Positions 31,901-37,354 of a stretch of 37,354 nt of DNA are shown piece by piece. The notes under the pieces are model-generated. The model saw nothing but the letters and a program-made list of their open reading frames with translations, was not told the DNA's origin and searched no databases. This stretch comes from Stramenopiles sp. TOSAG23-6 (taxonomy: Eukaryota), in assembly GCA_900128565.1 (NCBI GenBank), contig LT635940.1, forward strand, positions 1 through 37,354. Direction: 5' to 3'. The position numbers and the translations under genes are program-made. Every line of letters begins with the position of its first letter. The stretch's first letter is position 1.

Positions 31901-34003
31901 ATATTTTTCCAAAATACATGCAACGTCGTTTAATGAAAGCTTTAGAAGATTTATCTTTACAATACGATGGTACAGTGCGAAGCAGTACCAAACAAGTAGT
32001 GCAATTTACATATGGTGATGATGGTCTGAATGTTTGTTTCCATCATGAATTTTTTATCTAATTTTTTTCATACGAAATTTTGTACCTAACAAACATTTTG
32101 AATTTTTTTTAAATATTTTTTCACAACACATCCATCCTGTATGGAAGATAATGAACGACCTGTAGATTTGAATCGTTTATTACGAATTGTTAGTGCTGAG
32201 TTTTCCGTTGGGCAAAAGTTTTCTTTAAGTGGACCAGGGATGTCACCAGAACAAATTTCTGCATCAGCAGAGTCGTTTATTGCATCACCAAAATTAAATA
32301 TATTACCCCACATTCGTAAATTTGTGGAAGAAATTAGAGAATTTAGCAAAAATCTGTGTGATAAAGTGAACAAAGGTGTACTGTCCTGCGGTTTACAAAA
32401 TTTTAATAATAGTAAAAGTTCAAAGAAAAAGAGTAAATCAAAACAAACGAAACCATCGTGGGGCAGTTGGCCTACTGTGTCAAAAATAAGAGCCGATTGG
32501 CAGCACGAACTATCTGCATTTGAGGCATCATCAAAATGGCGCGCACAAGCTGCAGATAAAACAAAACAAGCTTGGATGGAAGAAGGATCTCGAATCTTTG
32601 AGAACGTACACGCGATTCATACGGAAGTATTAGATGAAGTATGGAAACGTGCATTAATTAAGTATACTATGGCTACAATGGAATCAGGTGAGGCAGTTGG
32701 TGCTGTTGCTGCTCAAAGTATTGGTGAACCTGGTACACAAATGACATTGAAGACATTTCATTTTGCTGGTGTTGCTAGTATGAATGTCACTTTAGGTGTT
32801 CCTCGTATTAAGGAAATAATCAATGCTACAAAAAATATATCAACCCCAATTATTACAGCAGAATTGCAATCTGATCAAAGTGAAATTGCTGCGAGAATTG
32901 TGAAAGCTCAAATTGAAAAAACTACTTTAGGTGAAGTATCAAAATCTATGAAGGAAGTGATTGGTCCTGGTTTGTATTGTATTGAAATTACTCTAGACAT
33001 GGAAGCGATCCGTAAATTGTATCTACAAGTGGATGCATTCTCTGTTTGTCAAGCAATTATAAATGATTCTAAACTAAAATTGAAAGCTCAACACTTAGAG
33101 CGTGAAGGTGATGACGTCATTCGTATATATACACCATCGGAAATTGTGAGGATGGCACGCGCAAAAACGCATGGTCCAAAGCCTCCTGTCAACGGTAATC
33201 GTAATAGTCAATATTTTAATAGTCAAATATTGAAAGAGCATTTACCAAGTGTCATAGTTCAAGGTATTAAAGATGTTACTCGTGCTGTTATTAACAAAAT
33301 TGATGCTACAGCAGGAAATCGAGCTCGTTATAATTTGCTTGTTGAAGGAAACAATATGCTTGATGTCTTAGGTACAGATGGTATAGCTGGTACAAAAACT
33401 ACAAGTAATCATATCATGGAAGTTGAAATTACTCTTGGTATCGAAGCGGCGCGAACAAAAATTATTCATGAAATTAAGTATACATACGGCAGTTATGGAA
33501 TCACCGTCGATGAACGTCATTTGATGCTTCTTGCAGATGTTATGACGTATAAAGGTGAAGTTCTTGGTATTACTCGATTTGGTATAGCAAAAATGAAAGA
33601 TAGTGTTCTAATGCTTGCATCTTTTGAAAAAACGAGTGATCATTTATTTGATGCAGCTGTACATGCGAGAGAAGATGAGATTGAAGGTGTATCAGAATGC
33701 ATAATCATGGGTATTCCAATGCCAGTCGGTACCGGCCTTGCCAAGTTAGTCCATAACCCAGAAAGGTGTGCGTTAGATAGTATGCCATACCCGGTAATGA
33801 GAGATGTTACACCATTAACTATTGGTGCTAGAAATCAGAAGTTATGTGCTTATAAAGCTAAAGAAGAGGAGTACCATAGAAATAGACGACCAGACTTATT
33901 ACTCAATATGGATAAAGATGATTTGATGTTGAACGCTCATCACAATGAATCGAAAAATATTAAAATTGAAAACACAATTGTAAAGGAAGAACCAGTACTA
34001 TAA
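28912..34003 (+). CDS. RPC1: DNA-directed RNA polymerase III largest subunit, 1566 aa; exons 28912-30180, 30280-30624, 30725-31827, 31920-32031, 32132-34003
   Basis: CETC...[105 protein letters not shown]; no heptad CTD. Exon lengths sum to 4701 nt, a multiple of 3. Confidence 0.95.
30181..30279 (+). mobile_element. Introner-like non-canonical intron, copy 4 (99 nt, GT...AT, in frame and stop-free)
   Basis: tat|GTATGTTTT...AAAATACAT|cca; splits the conserved LTY-PERV. Confidence 0.95.
30625..30724 (+). mobile_element. Introner-like non-canonical intron, copy 5 (100 nt, GT...AT)
   Basis: cat|GTGCGTTTT...TTTTGTACCTAAC...TTACACAT|gtt; splits [17 protein letters not shown]. Confidence 0.95.
31828..31919 (+). 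mobile_element. Introner-like non-canonical intron, copy 6 (92 nt, GT...AT)
   Basis: at|GTATGTTTT...AAAATACAT|g; splits the bridge helix [17 protein letters not shown]. Confidence 0.95.
32032..32131 (+). mobile_element. Introner-like non-canonical intron, copy 7 (100 nt, GT...AT)
   Basis: aat|GTTTGTTTCCATCATG...TTTTGTACCTAAC...TTCACAACACAT|cca; splits [15 protein letters not shown]. Confidence 0.95.
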
Positions 34004-34094
34004 TGTGTGCAATTATTTAATTATATTTATAAATGTACATCGAACGATAATGTGTGCAATTATTTAATTATATTTATAAATGTACATCGAACGA
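34001..34094 (+). repeat. Perfect 47-bp tandem duplication at the convergent ends of RPC1 and the methyltransferase
   Basis: TAATGTGTGCAATTATTTAATTATATTTATAAATGTACATCGAACGA at 34001-34047 and again at 34048-34094. Confidence 0.95.
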
Positions 34095-35000
34095 ATCGTC
34101 ATCACATGCATTTTTTACATGTTCAGGAGTAATCCAACCTAATAAGCTCTTCCCTTGTTTAAATTCCTCAGTGCGGCGTAAAATCGGGCTAATAATTTCA
34201 GGTGCATATATATCAAGTTCCTCGCACAAATCTGCAAATGCACAGCCTGAAAGAGAATATGGTATATTTGTTTGTACTCCTTCAGTGTCTTTTAAATCAT
34301 TTTTCTTTTTATAACCCCAAAATAGTAAATTTGGATTAATGGCTAATATCATTACTTTATCAAAAACTTCTAGATATCTATCCGTGACAATTTTCATCAT
34401 TTCCCGATTTGCAATGACATTGCACAAACATGATCCTCCAGGTTCAAGTACCGAATATGCTGCATACAGAGTTGTCATCTTCACCACACTTGCTGGTGGT
34501 AATTCAAGAGGAGCATTATCTATTGCGTTTTCTGCAGCTATATCGAGTATAATCAAATTATATCGGTGTCTTGAATGAACATGTCTATTCATTCTCTTCC
34601 AATCGCAACCAAAAGAGGTAGGAAAAGATGTTTTTGATTTTTTCGAACTTTCCGAACTCTTTGAAATTATATCAATTTCATTTTCTACAGCAGAGGCTGC
34701 ATCTTTCAAAAAGGAAACACCACATTGACAGATTACTTTAATTTGTGATCCAACAGCCATACCAAAAAAGTTGACAGCAGCATAAATGACTTCAGGCGAT
34801 AGATCTACAACATTTATTTGACAAAACGGAAAAGATGCCGCAATTGCATTCGGTACAGCCCCACCACCACATCCAAGAACAGCCACTCGTAATTGCTCTT
34901 TTTCTTCATACCTACAGGAATTATCTTTCGTCAATGCACCATGTTGTTCTAATAATGTCACGATACTAAGAGCAAATGCCTGGTTAATTTCGAATGGTGC
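34074..35000 (-). CDS. Class I SAM-dependent methyltransferase / spermidine-synthase-like domain (METTL13 C-terminal-like); terminal exon, own 5' exons not evident
   Basis: VAVLGCGGGAVP, VVDLSPEVIYAAVNFFG, YNLIILD, LEPGGSCLCNV; no in-frame ATG before the SAM-binding motif. Confidence 0.75.
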   Translation of the reverse strand, partial: APFEINQAFALSIVTLLEQHGALTKDNSCRYEEKEQLRVAVLGCGGGAVPNAIAASFPFCQINVVDLSPEVIYAAVNFFGMAVGSQIKVICQCGVSFLKDAASAVENEIDIISKSSESSKKSKTSFPTSFGCDWKRMNRHVHSRHRYNLIILDIAAENAIDNAPLELPPASVVKMTTLYAAYSVLEPGGSCLCNVIANREMMKIVTDRYLEVFDKVMILAINPNLLFWGYKKKNDLKDTEGVQTNIPYSLSGCAFADLCEELDIYAPEIISPILRRTEEFKQGKSLLGWITPEHVKNACDDDSFDVHL

Positions 35001-35090
35001 ATGTATTTTGGAAAAATATTTCAAAAAAAATCGTTAGGTACAAAATTTACTATAAAACAAAATTCGAATTTAAAAAAAAATAAAACATAC
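35001..35090 (-). mobile_element. Introner-like non-canonical intron, copy 8 (90 nt, GT...AT)
   Basis: agt|GTATGTTTTATTT...TTTTGTACCTAAC...TTTTCCAAAATACAT|gca. Confidence 0.9.
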
Positions 35091-36679
35091 ACTCATTTGG
35101 AAAATTCTCGTAATCAAACCATTGTCCCAATTCACAAAATTTGTATTGTGAAAAAATATTTTACATACGAAATTCGTTAGGTACAAAATTTCAATGAAAA
35201 AATATAAATTCGAAATTCATGATGAAAACATACTGTTTGTGTTCTTGTGGGTAATTATATGTACTCCATGACCCAGTGTATGTTGTTTTCGCAGACATTG
35301 CAGCAATCGCAGCGGATTTATGTATTGTGAAAAAATATTTCAAAAAAAAACGTTAGGTACGAAATTTCGTACGAAAAAAACCTTAAATAAGAAATTCATA
35401 TAAAACGTACATCATCTGCTACTTTCAGAATTCGATCTTTAATCGCAACGCTTCCTTCTACAAATAAAGGCATAATTGTAGATTTTAACCACTCACAGCA
35501 GGTACATGATGGTGCCATTTTGGCGTAAATATACCATTGCATGAAAGGGCCAAAGACGACGAAAATGACTAAACAATTTAAAAGCATTATAGGAGGCATC
35601 CACATCAAAACTTTACTACGATTATTGTTTGGATCATATACACGTTCAAGTTGTCCATGGAAATCTAGATTTGGGCGGAGTTCAAATTCAGGTTCGTATG
35701 GATTAGGAATCTCTTCGTTGACACCTTGACGAGGTAAATTCCATCGATGACAAATGACATGACAATATCTTGTCCAATATTGTTTTAGTAAAGGTCCCCA
35801 AACACACGTAATCAATATACCTGTTATAGTTAATAACATCACATAAGCATTCCAATGAAAAAGAGAAACCACCCATAGACATGCACCAGTAATTCCTATA
35901 GGTACTATAAGAATTGTGTAGAATTGCACAAATGCAAAGTATAAAGCTACACGTTCGCCAAAATGATTTCGGATTTCGTCAACAAGCCAATCCGCACGAG
36001 CCCGAGCAACAGATGGAAATAAAGTACAATTTTTATTCATATACATTTTATGTAGCCACTTATTCCAGATTTGATCTTGTAGCGGATACATTGCTTTTAT
36101 ACCCAATTCAGGGCAAGAGTGTGCTAAAATTTCAGATTCACTGCCGACAACTGTGCCTAGTGCACGGCGTATAATTCTATCAGTTAAACGCAATTCCTCA
36201 GCATGAGAAAATGTCTGATGTTCAACTTCACCCATTGAACTATCGGTATCTATAATTCCGTATTTAATACGTCTGGCGCGTTCTACTCGCCTTCTCTCGT
36301 GCCTCAAAAGATTATGATCATCAATGCGCCGTTTACCTTTTCGACCGGTAGCCGATAAAAGGACTGTCAGTGTGTGTGCTGTTTCAACAGTTTTTTCTAA
36401 GAGACCGATATGAATTCCAGCTCTACACATTGTTTGTAAGGTCAAAATATGTCGTTCGATAGTATCATGGTCGATATATATATGAGCATCCTGTCCATCT
36501 TTCTGTTTTAGTTTCGACTTTGGTACACAATCTAAAATTAGCGCTATACTATAGCGTAGCCTGTCTTTTGGTGAAGTATCTAAAATATCAAAAAGAGAAC
36601 CGCTGCCGATTTTGCCTACATCAGTTGTTGGTGGCTTCTTTTGTGAAGCCAAAGACATTCCACGCAAAATTTTTGGCAT
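35091..36679 (-). CDS. Anoctamin/TMEM16-like protein, N-terminal half only; exons 36679-35411, 35319-35234, 35140-35091
   Basis: YPLQD, VDEIRNHFGERVALYFAFVQFYT, TM1-TM2, WTRY...RWNL, TM3; the C-terminal TM bundle is absent. Confidence 0.75.
35141..35233 (-). mobile_element. Introner-like non-canonical intron, copy 9 (93 nt, GT...AA)
   Basis: ca|GTATGTTTTCATCATG...TTTTGTACCTAAC...TTCACAATACAA|a; removal reads HKQFCELGQW in frame. Confidence 0.85.
35320..35410 (-). mobile_element. Introner-like non-canonical intron, copy 10 (91 nt, GT...AT)
   Basis: gat|GTACGTTTTATATG...TTTCGTACGAAATTTCGTACCTAAC...TTCACAATACAT|aaa. Confidence 0.9.
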
Positions 36680-36993
36680 TTTAAATGTTCCAGATGAAAT
36701 TACGACATATTAGTTCATTCTTCGTGGTTGTTCTTTTGAATGCCCGGAACTTCAAGAGAGAATATAACTAATAGCTACTTGTTAACGTTACGTGTTAGCG
36801 TTACTATGTAGACTAGACGACATAGGTCGGACATAAAAAACCGTTTCATCGGTGTTTTTCTCGGTTTCGTATATTTTTTCTAAGTCACACACAAGTCATC
36901 ATAGTGCGTAAACCTACTATAGGCAAGGTGTCATTGATATATATATATATTCTATATACTTAAAATGGATTAGTTTTATGAATAAATCGAAAG

Positions 36994-37255
36994 ATGAGTA
37001 GACGTGGGCTAGAAAAAGATAGATTACCAGCAATTAGAAGAGGAGATCACCATCCCCGATCCCAAGCAACCAAAGAAGAATGGTCTCAGTTTCTACGGAA
37101 AAGGTACAACAGAAAAAGTACAAAGAATGGTGTTCGAAATGCATTAATGGACACCAATAGAACTACAGAGCAACTTCGTGTTCTTTCTATATGGCTGCGA
37201 GGAAGTAGTATTTGTCCAGATAGCGTCAGCGACAAAGCTATCTTGAAAGTTGCTT
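36994..37255 (+). CDS. First exon of a hypothetical protein (3'-partial)
   Basis: ATG-initiated ORF that runs into element copy 11. Confidence 0.55.
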
Positions 37256-37354
37256 GTACATTTTATATGAATTTCTAATTTATTTTATTTTTGGTTTTCA
37301 TACGAAATTTCGTACCTAACGATTTTTTTGTTGAAATATTTTTTCACAATACTT
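37256..37354 (+). mobile_element. Introner-like non-canonical intron, copy 11 (99 nt if complete, GT...TT), ending at the window edge
   Basis: tt|GTACATTTTATATG...TTCATACGAAATTTCGTACCTAAC...TTCACAATACTT. Confidence 0.85.

Noticed and set aside
28903-34003. RPC1 as a frameshifted pseudogene or as three genes
   Set aside because: All breaks coincide with element copies, and the exons are otherwise intact and join into one full-length protein.
35001-35410. Three repeats with short unique spacers resembling a CRISPR array
   Set aside because: Eukaryotic context, 90-93 nt divergent repeats, spacers that are in-frame exons, and no cas genes.

Overview
AT-rich, gene-dense window from a unicellular eukaryote (plausibly a stramenopile; this is inference). 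It holds about 20 protein-coding genes: a Tudor-like/EF-hand protein, a calcineurin-B-like protein, MsrA, a PMCA-type Ca2+ pump, MutY/MUTYH, DDX3/Ded1, a LARP4-like protein, RMT2, a CRT-like transporter, RNA polymerase III largest subunit RPC1, a class I SAM methyltransferase fragment, a truncated anoctamin-like gene and several orphans. The main signal is a family of 11 homologous 90-100 nt insertions. All lie inside coding genes and all are in the sense orientation. They have a GTATGT-like 5' end, a TTTTGTACCTAAC branch-point-like core and a 3' end of CAT (one CAA, one CTT) instead of AG. Removing them exactly restores conserved RPC1 and RMT2 motifs, so they behave as introner-like non-canonical (GT-AT, or TG-CA if slid by 1 nt) introns. 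They also carry short terminal inverted repeats and a 1-2 nt flanking duplication, and they coexist with ordinary GT-AG introns. One pair is directly back-to-back with no exon between. A second notable item is one ORF fusing an NAA80-like GNAT acetyltransferase to an ACTMAP-like cysteine protease, the two enzymes of actin N-terminal maturation. All family calls come from motif recognition by eye; no searches were run.
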